Source of the DNA: an uncultured Gemmatimonadota bacterium
GTDB lineage: Bacteria; GCA-2686955
Assembly: GCA_964490075.1 (NCBI GenBank)
Contig: CAZBBK010000046.1
Location: forward strand, 1-43,856
DNA length: 43,856 nucleotides
Direction of reading: 5' to 3'
Positions 20,496 to 31,033 of the stretch are shown in pieces. Below the pieces are notes generated by a model. It saw only the letters and a program-made list of their open reading frames with translations, searched no databases and was not told the DNA's origin. Both the position numbers and the translations under genes were made by a program. The first letter of the stretch is position 1. Each line of letters opens with the position of its first letter.

Positions 20496-22667
20496 ATGAT
20501 CCGCGATCCCCTCAAGCTCGTTCCGGTCCGCTACAAGCTGCCGATGACCTTCGCCTTTCTGTGCGTGGTGGCCTTCGGTCTGGGCGGCTACATGGTGACC
20601 ACGACCGCCCGGCAGGCGCTGGAGAGGCAGATTCGGCTGCGCCTCGACGACCTGGCGGCCAACACCAACCTGGCGGTCGACCGCAACCTGGAGCTGCTGG
20701 GGCGGCGGGTGGAGGATTTCGCCTCGGATGGGCACATCCGACTGGAGCTGGAGCGGCTGCGGGAGGCGGGGGGCGGCGCCGCCGAAGGGCGCGACCTGGT
20801 GCGCCACCTGCGCACCAACAAGCTGCCGCTGGTGGTTGAGTTCGTCGACGCCTACGTGCTGGACGACGAGGGAGCGGTGCTGGTGCGCGCCTACTCGCGG
20901 AGCGCCGACCCGCCGGCCGGATTCGACCGCGAGGGCTTCTGGTATGGGCCCTTGACGGCGCCCGGCAGCGACCATCCCTACCCGAGCTTCGTGCTCTCGA
21001 CCCCGGTGATGGCGATCGACGGGACGCGCCAGCTCGGCTTTCTGCAGCTGGTGGTGCGGGCCGACTTGTGGGCGGGGCGCCTGCGCAACGTGGTGGCGGC
21101 TTCGCCGCTGGAGGGTTTGCGGCTGGGCCTGAGCGTGCCGGGCGGCTACCGGCTGCCCTTGATCCCGACTGCCGCGGAGGAGGCGCCGGAGGGGGCCGCG
21201 GGAGAGGACGAGGCGGGGCCGCTGGCCTTCTCCAGCACCAACCAGCGCAGCGGCTGGAACGTCGACCTGGCGGTCGACCGGCGGGCGCTGACGCTGCCGA
21301 TCGAGACCATGGTCTCGACCTTCGTCTACGTGGGGATCGCGCTGGTGCTGCTGGCGGCCTTGCTGCTGCTGCCCTCGCGGCAGTTCCTGCTGAAACCGCT
21401 GGCGGAGCTGGAGAGCGCCGCTCGCAGGATTACCGAGGGGGACTTCGCGGCGCGGGTGGGCTATCGCTCGGACGACGAGGTGGGGCATCTTTCGCAGGCC
21501 TTCGACGTGATGGCGGCGGCGGTCCAGGAGCGCACCCAGCGGCTGGCGCGGGCGGCCCAGGATCTGGAGTACCGCGAAGCGGAGATCCGCTTCGAGCGCG
21601 ACCGCCTCAACACGGTGATCCACTCGATGGAGGACGGGCTCTTCATGCTGGATCGCCGGGGCGATCTGACCCTGGCCAACGGCGCGGCGCGGGCGGTGCT
21701 GGACGAGCTCGGCAGGGGGCATCGCGGCCTCGACCCGAGCCTGTGCAAGGGAGCGGGGCGCGCGCTGGGGAGCTGTCTGGCCTGCCTGGCGGACCCGGGG
21801 CGCAGCGCGGCGGGCTGCGTGATGTCGATCGGGACCCGGGTCTATGACATCCAGGCGACGCCGCTGCGCGGGCCGGAGGGGGAGGAGAGCGGGCGGATCT
21901 TTGTCAGCCGGGATGTGACCGAGCGGCTGCGACAGGCCGACCGGCAGGCGCACCAGGAGCGGATGACGGTGCTGGGGGAGGTGGCGGCGGTGATGGCGCA
22001 CGAGATGAACAACCCGCTGGCGGCGATTTCGATGTTCAGCCAGATGCTGCTCGACGGGCTGGACGGGGAGTCGCCGCTGCGCACGCACGCCGAGGTGGTG
22101 CACCGCAACACGCTGAGCTGCAAGCGGACGATCCGCTCGTTGCTCGATATGGCGACGACGCCATCGGCCGATCCGGAGGAGTTCGATGCCCGCGACCTGG
22201 TGGACGAGGTGGTGGAGCTGCTGCGGCCGGTGGCGGAGCGCGGCGGGGTGACGCTCGAGGTCGACGGGCGGGCCGGGGATGGACGGGTGCACGGCGACGA
22301 GCTGCAGGTGCGCCAGGCGCTGGTCAACCTGGTGATGAACGGGATTCAGGCGCTGGCGGAGGCGAAGCGGGGCGCGGTGCGGGTGGCGACGGTGGAGCGC
22401 GCGGGGGAGTTGGCGATCCGGGTGCGGGACGACGGGCCGGGAATCCCGGCGGAGCTGCGCGAGAGGGTGTTCGAGCCCTTCTTCACGACCAAGGCGCCGG
22501 GGGAAGGGACCGGGCTGGGACTGCCGACCTCGCGGCGCATCATCGCGGCGCAGGGGGGGCGCCTGACGCTGGTCGAGGGGGAGCGGGGGACGGAGCTCGA
22601 GATGGTGTTTCCGAGGGCGGCCGCGGGCAGTGCGGGGGGCGGTGCGGCGGGGAGAGGGGCGTCGTGA
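20496..22667 (+). CDS. Sensor histidine kinase (TM-periplasmic-TM-HAMP-PAS-HisKA-HATPase)
   Basis: Two TM helices, HAMP (KPLAELESAARRITEGDF...DEVGHLSQAF), PAS (SMEDGLFMLD...LANGAA), H-box MAHEMNNPL, N-box NLVMNG, G1 DDGPGIP, F-box FEPFFTTK, G2 GTGLGL. Confidence 0.95.
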   Translation: MIRDPLKLVPVRYKLPMTFAFLCVVAFGLGGYMVTTTARQALERQIRLRLDDLAANTNLAVDRNLELLGRRVEDFASDGHIRLELERLREAGGGAAEGRDLVRHLRTNKLPLVVEFVDAYVLDDEGAVLVRAYSRSADPPAGFDREGFWYGPLTAPGSDHPYPSFVLSTPVMAIDGTRQLGFLQLVVRADLWAGRLRNVVAASPLEGLRLGLSVPGGYRLPLIPTAAEEAPEGAAGEDEAGPLAFSSTNQRSGWNVDLAVDRRALTLPIETMVSTFVYVGIALVLLAALLLLPSRQFLLKPLAELESAARRITEGDFAARVGYRSDDEVGHLSQAFDVMAAAVQERTQRLARAAQDLEYREAEIRFERDRLNTVIHSMEDGLFMLDRRGDLTLANGAARAVLDELGRGHRGLDPSLCKGAGRALGSCLACLADPGRSAAGCVMSIGTRVYDIQATPLRGPEGEESGRIFVSRDVTERLRQADRQAHQERMTVLGEVAAVMAHEMNNPLAAISMFSQMLLDGLDGESPLRTHAEVVHRNTLSCKRTIRSLLDMATTPSADPEEFDARDLVDEVVELLRPVAERGGVTLEVDGRAGDGRVHGDELQVRQALVNLVMNGIQALAEAKRGAVRVATVERAGELAIRVRDDGPGIPAELRERVFEPFFTTKAPGEGTGLGLPTSRRIIAAQGGRLTLVEGERGTELEMVFPRAAAGSAGGGAAGRGAS

Positions 22668-24097
22668 GGAGCCTGGCGGAGTGCTCGCAGGAACGGGGAT
22701 TCGATCGGTTGCGGGTGCTGATCGTCGACGACGAGGCCGACGTGCGGCTCGGGTTGCGGATGCTGATCAAAAGCCTTGGGGCGGAGGTGCGCGAGGCGGC
22801 GAGCGGCGAGATGGCGCTGGAGGTGACCGGCGACTGGACGCCGCATCTGCTGCTCTCGGACATCACCATGGGCGAGATGTCGGGGATGGAGCTCCTGGGG
22901 AGGGTGCGCCGCGACCGGCCCGAGATTCGGGTGCTGATGATCACCGGCTACGGAACGATCGAGCTGGCGGTCGAGGCGATGCGGCGCGGGGCGGTGCATT
23001 TCATCACCAAGCCTTTCGACAACCGGGAGATTCTGGCGGAGGTGGAGCGCCACGGTTGCGAGGCCCTGCTGGCGCAGCGGGTGCGGCGTATGGAGACGGC
23101 GGGGGACGGGGGGGCGCCGGTGATCGTGGCGCGGGATCCGCGGATGCTCGAGGTGCTGGAGCTGGCGCGGCAGGTGGGGCCGACCGATCTGCCGGTGCTG
23201 ATTCGCGGCCAGAGCGGAGTCGGCAAGTCGTTGGTGGCTCGTGTGATCCACGAGCACGGGCGGGATCCGGCGGTGCCCTGGGCGCGGGTTCGGGTGGCGG
23301 CGCTCTCGGAGACGCAGCTCGAGTCGGAGCTCTTTGGCCACGTTCGGGGGGCCATTCCGGGCGCGGACCAGGATCGCGACGGGGCGCTGGTGGCGGCGCG
23401 CGGCGGGACGGTTTACCTGGAAGAGGTGGCGCTGCTGCCGCCGCTGGCGCAGGGGAAGCTGCTGCACGCTTTGCACGAGGGGCGGGCGACGCCGCTCGGC
23501 GCGACGGCGGCGGTGCCGGTCGAGTTTCGGATGGTGGCGGCGACCAGCCGCGACTTGTTGCACGAGCGGATGGCGAAGGGGGAGTTCCGCAAGGACCTCT
23601 ACTATCGGCTGCGGGTGGTGACGATCGACGTGCCGGCGCTGCGCGAGCGGCGTGCCGACATTCTGCCGCTGGCGGAGCATTTTCTGGCGCTCTACGCCGG
23701 CCAGATCGAGCGTGGCCGTGCTGGGGTGCCCGAGCTGACCGAAGGCGCGCGGGCGGCGCTGCGCGACCACGACTGGCCAGGCAACGTGCGCGAGCTCGAG
23801 AACGGGATCCAGCGGGCGCTGCTGCTGGCCAGGGGCGGGGAGATTCGCGCCCAGCATCTGCGCCTGGTGGAGGAGGCCGATCCGCTGGCGATCGGCGGCG
23901 GCGACGATCTCAGCTACGAGGACGGCAAGCAGCGGGTGTTGCAGGCCTTCCAGCGCAGCATCGTGGAGCGGGCGCTGCGCAGCACGCGGGGAAACGTGAC
24001 CCGGGCCGCCGACGCCTGCGGTCTGACGCGGGCGGCCTTTCAGCGCATCATGCGCACTCTCGACCTCGATCGCCACGAGTTCGCCGCCGACGATTGA
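22664..24097 (+). CDS. NtrC/Fis-family response regulator with degenerate sigma54-activation domain
   Basis: Receiver (VDDE, LSD, ITKPF), AAA+ domain (GQSGVGKS, ESELFGH, FRKDLYYRL, WPGNVRELEN) and Fis-like HTH (GNVTRAA). GAFTGA is replaced by GAIPGA. Confidence 0.92.
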   Translation: MRSLAECSQERGFDRLRVLIVDDEADVRLGLRMLIKSLGAEVREAASGEMALEVTGDWTPHLLLSDITMGEMSGMELLGRVRRDRPEIRVLMITGYGTIELAVEAMRRGAVHFITKPFDNREILAEVERHGCEALLAQRVRRMETAGDGGAPVIVARDPRMLEVLELARQVGPTDLPVLIRGQSGVGKSLVARVIHEHGRDPAVPWARVRVAALSETQLESELFGHVRGAIPGADQDRDGALVAARGGTVYLEEVALLPPLAQGKLLHALHEGRATPLGATAAVPVEFRMVAATSRDLLHERMAKGEFRKDLYYRLRVVTIDVPALRERRADILPLAEHFLALYAGQIERGRAGVPELTEGARAALRDHDWPGNVRELENGIQRALLLARGGEIRAQHLRLVEEADPLAIGGGDDLSYEDGKQRVLQAFQRSIVERALRSTRGNVTRAADACGLTRAAFQRIMRTLDLDRHEFAADD

Positions 24098-24260
24098 GGA
24101 TTTTTCCGTGCGGCGCATTGCCGAGTATCGCCTGCGCTGCATAGCGGGCTATGCACCTCGGAGCTGGCGACACGGACGCGCTCGCGGCAGTGTACCAGGG
24201 GCGCCGCCTAGTCGAGTATGCACCCAACACAGTTTTGGCCGGGGGGAAGGGGTTCGGAGC

Positions 24261-24302
24261 CGTTGATTCGACGTTGAAGCGGCGTATTTCCTTGCCTAAC
24301 TT
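24261..24302 (+). promoter_or_regulatory. Candidate sigma70 promoter of the nar-act operon with phased direct repeats
   Basis: TTGAAG (24274-24279), 17-nt spacer, TAACTT (24297-24302). CGTTGA occurs at 24261 and 24272, 11 bp apart. Confidence 0.4.
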
Positions 24303-24334
24303 GACAAAGCGTTACCAGTTCCGAGGAGATTCGC

Positions 24335-25246
24335 ATGCGTGTCCAACGTGTCGAGACAGCGGCCGGAATCAGACGGTCGGTCACAGGCCCCGGTGCCCGA
24401 GCGGCGCGGATCGTCGGCGTTCTACTGGTCGTGGCTCTGTCGCTCCTCCCGCGCGCGCGGGCCGAGAGCGCGGTGGAGGATTTCGAGAACCACTGCATGA
24501 GCTGCCACACCATCGGCGGCGGCCGTCTGACGGGTCCGGACCTGAAAGGCGTATTCGAGCGCCAGGACCGGGCGTGGCTGGCGCGCTTCATTCTCGACCC
24601 TCAGACCGTGCTCGACAGCGGCGATGCCTATGCGCTGGAGCTGCGCAACGAGGCGCGCGGAGTCGTGATGCCCGCGGTTCCCGGAATGACCCTGGAGCGC
24701 GCCAAGGCGCTGCTCGATCTGATCGAGGAAGAGTCGGCGCAGGAGCGCTCGAAGTTCGCGGGCATCCAGATGAGCGAGCGAGCCTTCACGGAAGTCGACG
24801 TGCGTATGGGCAGAGAGATCTTCCTCGGGACTCAGTCCCTGGCCAAAGGCGGCGCGGCGTGTGTCTCTTGCCACTCGGTCAACGGCATCGGCGTGTTGGC
24901 GGGAGGCAAGCTGGGACCGGATCTGAACGACGTCTACGGTCGGCTGAACGGACGCAAGGGCCTCGGGACCTGGCTCTCGGCGCCCGCGACCAGCACCATG
25001 CAGTCGATCTTCGCATCGCGCCCGCTGGATGGTGACAACGAAATCCTCCCCTTGCTCGCCTACTTTGCCGATCTGGCGCAGGATCCGCCGGAAAGCAGCC
25101 AGGCGGCCACGTTGATTTTCATACTGCTCGGCCTTGGGGGAACGGCGGCCGCCTTGATGATCTTCGACGGGGCATGGAAGGGACGCTTCAGAGGCGTGCG
25201 GAAGGCACTCATCGCGCAGAGCGGCGCACCGGTGGAGACCAGGTAG
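24335..25246 (+). CDS. narC: Membrane-anchored di-heme cytochrome c, NarC-like
   Basis: Signal peptide (..ARA-ES), two class I heme domains (CMSCH..GPDL, CVSCH..GPDL) and a C-terminal TM anchor. It ends 2 nt before narG, the arrangement known from Thermus narC. Confidence 0.8.
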   Translation: MRVQRVETAAGIRRSVTGPGARAARIVGVLLVVALSLLPRARAESAVEDFENHCMSCHTIGGGRLTGPDLKGVFERQDRAWLARFILDPQTVLDSGDAYALELRNEARGVVMPAVPGMTLERAKALLDLIEEESAQERSKFAGIQMSERAFTEVDVRMGREIFLGTQSLAKGGAACVSCHSVNGIGVLAGGKLGPDLNDVYGRLNGRKGLGTWLSAPATSTMQSIFASRPLDGDNEILPLLAYFADLAQDPPESSQAATLIFILLGLGGTAAALMIFDGAWKGRFRGVRKALIAQSGAPVETR

Positions 25247-25248
25247 CC

Positions 25249-28200
25249 ATGAGCAACAATCCTTGGATTCAAGACAGCGTTGATCCCGAGAGTCGATCTT
25301 GGGAGGAGTTCTACCGCAACCGCTGGCAGCACGACAAGATCGTGCGCAGCACCCACGGCGTGAACTGCACCGGCGGTTGTACCTGGCAGATTCACGTCAA
25401 GGACGGAATCGTCACCTGGGAAATGCAGGGGCTGGACTACCCGGAGATCGATCCGGAGATTCCACCCTACGAGCCGCGCGGTTGCCAGCGGGGCATCTCT
25501 TATTCGTGGTACCTCTACAGTCCCTTGCGCGTGAAGTACCCGTACATTCGCGGTGCTCTGGTGGACCTGTGGCGAAAGGCGCGCGCCGCCCACGCCGATC
25601 CGGTCGAGGCCTGGACTTCTCTGGTGAGCGACGGATCGGCGCGGGCCCGCTGGCATCGGGCGCGCGGCAAGGGGGGATTCCGCCGCACCAGCTGGGACGA
25701 GGTGCTGGAGCTGATCGCGGCATCGATGATCCACACGATCAAGACGCACGGTCCGGATCGCATCGCCGGCTTCTCGCCGATCCCCGCGATGTCGATGATC
25801 AGCTACGCATCGGGTGCGCGGATGCTGCAGTTGATGGGGGGCGTGGCGCTCTCGTTCTACGACTGGTATTGCGACCTGCCCTCGGCCTCGCCGGAAACCT
25901 GGGGCGAGCAGACCGACGTCAACGAATCGGCGGACTGGTACAACGCCAAGCTGTTGGCGGTCATGGGGTCGAACTTGAACATGACGCGCACGCCGGACTG
26001 TCACTTCGCGGCGGAGGCGCGCCACAACGGCACCAAGATGTACGTGTTCGCGCCGGACTTCAACCAGGTCGCGAAGTACGCCGACACCTGGCTGAGCGTC
26101 AACGCCGGACAGGACGGCGCCTGGTGGATGGCGGTCAATCACGTCATTCTGAAGGAGTTCCACCACGAGCGCGAGGTCGAGTCCTTCCAGAGCTACTTGA
26201 AGCAGTACAGCGACGCTCCGCACCTGGTGGAACTGGTGGAGGAGGAGGGGGTGCTGCGCCCCGGTCAGATGCTGCGGGCCGGCCGGATGGAGGGCTGCGA
26301 GGAGGTCGAGAACGGTGACTGGCAGTTCTTGTTCTGGGATCGCGGCGACGATCGTCCCAAGGTGCCTAGCGGCGCGGTCGGCTCGCGTTGGGCGGAGCAG
26401 AACAAGGGCAAGTGGAATCTGAAGCTCGAGGATATCCGCGACGGATCGCCCATCGATCCGGTGCTGACCTTCCTGGGGGCGGCGGACCAGGAGTGCCTGG
26501 TCACCTTCGACGACTTCGCTCAGGCGCGCCCCCTGCAGCGCGGTGTTCCGGCGCGGCGCATCACCACCGCCGCGGGCGAGCAGGTGCTGGTGGCGACGAT
26601 CTACGATCTGTTGATGGCGCAGTACGGAGTGCCGCGCGGGCTCGGCGGCGCTTACGGCGAGGGCTACGATGACGCCGACGCGCCCTATACGCCGGCCTGG
26701 CAGGAGCGCTACACCGGACTCGATCGCAAAGACCTGATCCAGTTCGCGCGCGAGTGGGCAGGGACCGCCGAGCACACCGGCGGCAAGTGCACCATCATCA
26801 TCGGCGCCGGGATCAACCACTGGTACCACGCCAATTTGATGTATCGAGCCGGCATTCATGCGCTGGTGCTCTGCGGCTGCGTCGGCAAGAACGGCGGCGG
26901 GCTGGCGCATTACGTGGGCCAGGAAAAGCTGGCGCCGGCCGAGTCGTGGGGCGCGATCGCGTTGGGCAAGGACTGGTACCCGGCGGCGCGGGTTCAGAAC
27001 GCGCCGAGCTGGCACTACGTCCACACCGACCAGTGGCGTTATGAGAAGTCGTTCACCGACTACCACACGGTTCCGCCGAACCAGAAGGAAGGATCGCTGG
27101 CTCGAGGCCACACCATGGATGCTCAGGTGCGCGCGGTGAAGAACGGCTGGCTGCCCTTCTACCCGCAGTTCACCGAGAGCAGCCTGGAAATCGTCGCCAA
27201 GGCCAAAGCGGACGGGGCGGCGGACGACGCCGCGGTGGTGCAGCACGCGCTGGCGCGCATCAAGAACGGCGATCTGAAATTCGCGATCGAGGATCCCGAC
27301 GCGCCCGAATGCTGGCCGCGGGTCTGGTTCATCTGGCGCGGCAACGCGCTGATGTCGAGCTCCAAGGGGCACGAGTACTTCCTGAAGCACTATCTCGGTA
27401 CGCACCACAACGCGATCGCCGACGAGATCGCCGGCGATGCGGTCGAAGAGGTCACCTATAGAGACATCGCGCCGGAAGGCAAGATGGACCTGGTGATCGA
27501 CCTCAACTTCCGCATGGATACTTCGGCGCTCTACTCCGACATCGTGCTGCCGGCGGCCACCTGGTACGAGAAAGCCGACCTCAACTCGACCGATATGCAC
27601 AGCTTCGTGCACCCGCTCTCCGAAGCGGTGCCGCCCTGCTGGGAGGCGAAGAGCGACTGGGCGATCTTCCGCGCCGTGGCCGAGCGCTTCTCGAAGCTCG
27701 CCGAGCGTCACTTTCCGGAGCAGGTCGACGACCTGGTGGCGGTGCCCCTGGCACACGATACGCCCGCGGAGATCGCGCAACCGCAGATCAGGGATTGGGC
27801 GAAGGGCGAAGTCGAGGCGATCCCGGGCAAAACGATGCCGGGCCTCAAGGTGGTCCGCCGCGACTACAAGAATCTCTATCGACAGTTCACCTCTCTTGGG
27901 CCACTTGTGCGTAGCAATGGGCTCGGCGCCCACGGCACCCACTACCACTGCGAGGAGTTCTACGACGAGCTCAGCGCGCGTTGCTCCACGACCTGGGACG
28001 GCAACACCTACCCTTCGATCGAGCGCGACGCTGACGTTTGCGACGCGGTGCTGCGGCTGGCGACGGTGTCGAACGGCGAGCTGGCGTTCCGCTCCTACAA
28101 GAACATGGAAGAGCGCGTGGGACTGCCCTTGGCGCACCTGGCCGAGAAGTCGCGCTCGGTGCGAATGTCCTACGACGACCTCCAGACCCGCCCGCATCGC

Positions 28201-28884
28201 TACCTGAGCAGCCCCATGTGGTCCGGCCTGATCGAGTACGGGCGCGCCTACTCCCCATACACCTACAACCACGATGCGCTGGTCCCCTGGCGCACTCTGA
28301 CCGGTCGCCAGCATCTCTACCTCGATCATCCTGGCTACTTGCAGTTCGGTGAGCATCTGCCCACCTACAAGCCCAAGCCGACGCCGCATCAGTATGCCGA
28401 TCTACGGGTCTCGGACGCGGTCGGCGAGACCATGATGCTCAACTACCTCACGCCCCACGGCAAGTGGCACATCCACTCGACCTACGGCGACAACCACCGA
28501 ATGACGACTCTGTCGCGAGGTTGCGAGCCCTTCTGGATGAACGACAAGGATGCGGAGCAGGTGGGGATCGTCGACAACGACTGGGTCGAAGTGCACAACG
28601 ACCACGGCGTGGTGGTCACTCGGGCCTGCGTCAGCGCGCGCATTCCGCGTGGAATCTGCATCATCTACCACTCGCCCGAGCGCACCTACGGTGTGCCGAA
28701 GTCGCCGCTCAGGGCGAACCGCCGCGGCGGCGGCCACAACAGTCTTACGCGAACCCGTCTCAAGCCCAACCTGATGATCGGGGGCTACGGGCAGTTCACC
28801 TACCACTTCAACTACTGGGGCCCGATCGGCTGCAACCGTGACACGCACGTCTATGTGCGCAAGTTGCCCGAGCTGCGCTGGTAA
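25249..28884 (+). CDS. narG: Respiratory nitrate reductase / nitrite oxidoreductase alpha subunit (Mo-bisPGD), cytoplasm-facing
   Basis: FS0 motif [10 protein letters not shown]...PRGC, Mo-ligand region [41 protein letters not shown]. No Tat signal. Start ATG 25249. Confidence 0.96.
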   Translation: MSNNPWIQDSVDPESRSWEEFYRNRWQHDKIVRSTHGVNCTGGCTWQIHVKDGIVTWEMQGLDYPEIDPEIPPYEPRGCQRGISYSWYLYSPLRVKYPYIRGALVDLWRKARAAHADPVEAWTSLVSDGSARARWHRARGKGGFRRTSWDEVLELIAASMIHTIKTHGPDRIAGFSPIPAMSMISYASGARMLQLMGGVALSFYDWYCDLPSASPETWGEQTDVNESADWYNAKLLAVMGSNLNMTRTPDCHFAAEARHNGTKMYVFAPDFNQVAKYADTWLSVNAGQDGAWWMAVNHVILKEFHHEREVESFQSYLKQYSDAPHLVELVEEEGVLRPGQMLRAGRMEGCEEVENGDWQFLFWDRGDDRPKVPSGAVGSRWAEQNKGKWNLKLEDIRDGSPIDPVLTFLGAADQECLVTFDDFAQARPLQRGVPARRITTAAGEQVLVATIYDLLMAQYGVPRGLGGAYGEGYDDADAPYTPAWQERYTGLDRKDLIQFAREWAGTAEHTGGKCTIIIGAGINHWYHANLMYRAGIHALVLCGCVGKNGGGLAHYVGQEKLAPAESWGAIALGKDWYPAARVQNAPSWHYVHTDQWRYEKSFTDYHTVPPNQKEGSLARGHTMDAQVRAVKNGWLPFYPQFTESSLEIVAKAKADGAADDAAVVQHALARIKNGDLKFAIEDPDAPECWPRVWFIWRGNALMSSSKGHEYFLKHYLGTHHNAIADEIAGDAVEEVTYRDIAPEGKMDLVIDLNFRMDTSALYSDIVLPAATWYEKADLNSTDMHSFVHPLSEAVPPCWEAKSDWAIFRAVAERFSKLAERHFPEQVDDLVAVPLAHDTPAEIAQPQIRDWAKGEVEAIPGKTMPGLKVVRRDYKNLYRQFTSLGPLVRSNGLGAHGTHYHCEEFYDELSARCSTTWDGNTYPSIERDADVCDAVLRLATVSNGELAFRSYKNMEERVGLPLAHLAEKSRSVRMSYDDLQTRPHRYLSSPMWSGLIEYGRAYSPYTYNHDALVPWRTLTGRQHLYLDHPGYLQFGEHLPTYKPKPTPHQYADLRVSDAVGETMMLNYLTPHGKWHIHSTYGDNHRMTTLSRGCEPFWMNDKDAEQVGIVDNDWVEVHNDHGVVVTRACVSARIPRGICIIYHSPERTYGVPKSPLRANRRGGGHNSLTRTRLKPNLMIGGYGQFTYHFNYWGPIGCNRDTHVYVRKLPELRW

Positions 28885-28913
28885 CGATTGGCGAAGCAAG
28901 GAAGGACAGAGAC

Positions 28914-30401
28914 ATGGACGTTCGCTCTCAGGTTTCCATGGTGTTCCACCTCGACAAGTGCATCGGTTGCCACACGTGCAGCGTCGCCTGCAAGAACGTG
29001 TGGACCGACCGCAAGGGCACCGAGTACATGTGGTGGAACAACGTCGAGACCAAGCCGGGCACCGGCTATCCGACCAAGTGGGAGGACCAGGAGAAGTACC
29101 GCGGCGGGTGGGTGCGCAATCCCGATCTGCAACTGCGCTCGACCAGCAAGGCACGCATCGTTCCCAACATCTTCCACAACCCCTCGATGCCCAGTCTCGA
29201 CGACTACTACGAACCCTGGACCTACGACTATCAAAATCTGTTCAACGCGCCCGAAGGCGACGACCAGCCGACCGCACGGCCGATCTCGATGGTCGACGGC
29301 AGACCGATCGACATCGAGGCCGGTCCGAACTGGGACGACGACCTGAGCGGATCCCCGATCTATGCCGAGAACGATCCCAACTTGACGGCGCTGACTCCCG
29401 AGCAGCGAGCTCAGCTCTTCGCCATCGAGCGCCTGGTCTTCTTCTACTTCCCGCGCATCTGTAATCACTGTCTCAATCCGGCATGTGTCGCCTCGTGCCC
29501 CTCGGGCGCGCTCTACAAGCGCGGTGAAGACGGGATCGTGCTGATCGATCAGAAGGTCTGTCGAGCGTGGCGCTCGTGCGTGGCGGCTTGCCCCTACAAG
29601 AAGACCTACTTCAATTGGCAGACCGGCAAGTCGGAGAAGTGCATTCTCTGCTTCCCGCGCGTGGAGACCGGCCAGGCTCCGGCCTGCTTCCATTCCTGCG
29701 TGGGGCGGATTCGCTACCTGGGCGTGCTGCTCTACGACGCCGACCGACTTCAGGATGTGGCGCGGAGCGACGACCAGGGGTTGGTCGAAGCGCATCGCTC
29801 GATGATTCTGAATCCCCACGACGACGAGGTGCAGCAGGCGGCGCGCGCGCAGGGGATGTCGGACGCGGTGCTCGATGCGGCGCGCCGCTCGCCGGTCTAC
29901 AAGTTCGTCAAGGAGTGGGGGCTGGCACTGCCCCCGCACTTGGAGTTCCGAACCCTGCCGATGCTCTTTTATGTGCCGCCCTTGCTGCCGGTGACCAGCA
30001 GCGAAGAAGAGGGCACGGTCTGCACCGACTCCGATGACTTCTTTCACGCCGTCGACAAGGCCAGGGTGCCGGTGGAGTATCTGGGCAACCTGCTGGGGGC
30101 GGGCAACAGCGGCGTGGTGAGCTATGCGCTGCGCAAGTTGATGGCGGTTCGCTATCACCGCCGGGCCCTGACTGTCGGCGACATCGCACCGGAGGTGGTC
30201 GAGCGGGTGCTGCGCGAAGCCGACTGCACAGCGGAGCAGGCGGAGCAGATCTACCGCCTCAGTACGATGGCGACGCTTCGCGACCGCTTCGTCTTCGCGC
30301 CGGCGCAGCGCGAGCAGGCGATCGAGATGCTCGCCGATCCCTTGGAGCACAAGCAGGCCGTCGGCTTCGGCTTCCTGCGTGGACCGCAGCGGGGGGCATG
30401 A
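28914..30401 (+). CDS. narH: Nitrate reductase beta subunit (Fe-S)
   Basis: LDKCIGCHTCSVACKNVW, CNHCLNPACVASC, CRAWRSCVAACPY, KCILCFPR...CFHSCVGRIRY. Confidence 0.97.
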   Translation: MDVRSQVSMVFHLDKCIGCHTCSVACKNVWTDRKGTEYMWWNNVETKPGTGYPTKWEDQEKYRGGWVRNPDLQLRSTSKARIVPNIFHNPSMPSLDDYYEPWTYDYQNLFNAPEGDDQPTARPISMVDGRPIDIEAGPNWDDDLSGSPIYAENDPNLTALTPEQRAQLFAIERLVFFYFPRICNHCLNPACVASCPSGALYKRGEDGIVLIDQKVCRAWRSCVAACPYKKTYFNWQTGKSEKCILCFPRVETGQAPACFHSCVGRIRYLGVLLYDADRLQDVARSDDQGLVEAHRSMILNPHDDEVQQAARAQGMSDAVLDAARRSPVYKFVKEWGLALPPHLEFRTLPMLFYVPPLLPVTSSEEEGTVCTDSDDFFHAVDKARVPVEYLGNLLGAGNSGVVSYALRKLMAVRYHRRALTVGDIAPEVVERVLREADCTAEQAEQIYRLSTMATLRDRFVFAPAQREQAIEMLADPLEHKQAVGFGFLRGPQRGA

Positions 30402-31033
30402 TGAACGACAAGATTGCCCTGCTGGACGCGCTCTCCGAGCTCTTCGAGTACCCCGGTGAGGGTTTCGCGGACGCGGTGGCCGCCTTCCGTGCGATCGCCG
30501 ACGGGCGGCGCCCTGGCTCCGGAGACCGCCTGGCGGATCTGGAGCGGCGGGCGAGGGGCATGAGCCGCGGCGAGGTCGAGGAGATGTTCACTCGCACCTT
30601 CGAGATCAACCCGGTCTGTGCGCTGGAGGTCGGCTGGCATGTCTACGGCGAGGAGTACGAGCGCGGGGCGCTGATGGTGCGGCTGCGCCAGGAGCTGCGC
30701 CGGCACGATGTCGCCGAGGGCAACGAGCTGCCCGACCATCTGACGCACGTCTTGCGCCTCCTGGGCCGACTGGATTCGGCACTGGCGGACGATCTGGCGG
30801 GTCGTTATGTGTTGCCCTCCCTCAGCAAGATGATCGATGCGCTGTCCGGCAAGGAATGCCCCTACGAAGGGCTGCTGCAGACCGCGCACGAGATTGTCGA
30901 CGCCGAGCACGACGCGATCGAGATCGCGCCGCAACGAAGGCGCAGTGATCCGCCGGGCTCGCTGCTGCCCTTCCCAATGACTCGACATCGGTCCGAGGGC
31001 CCTGCTTGCGGCCCGACGGGAGGATGCTCATGA
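30398..31033 (+). CDS. narJ: Nitrate reductase molybdenum cofactor assembly chaperone
   Basis: LFEYP, FTRTFE, ERGALMVRL, ELPDHL (TorD/NarJ motif). Lies between narH and narI with ATGA overlaps. Confidence 0.9.
   Translation: MMNDKIALLDALSELFEYPGEGFADAVAAFRAIADGRRPGSGDRLADLERRARGMSRGEVEEMFTRTFEINPVCALEVGWHVYGEEYERGALMVRLRQELRRHDVAEGNELPDHLTHVLRLLGRLDSALADDLAGRYVLPSLSKMIDALSGKECPYEGLLQTAHEIVDAEHDAIEIAPQRRRSDPPGSLLPFPMTRHRSEGPACGPTGGCS

Noticed and set aside
24280-24295. Sigma54-like CGGCGTATTTCCTTGC upstream of narC
   Set aside because: GG-to-GC spacing is 11 nt rather than the strict 10, and the adjacent regulator lacks GAFTGA.
24263-24314. FNR box candidates (TTGAT at 24263, TTGAC at 24301)
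   Set aside because: Only half-sites; neither has ATCAA/GTCAA at the required N4 spacing.
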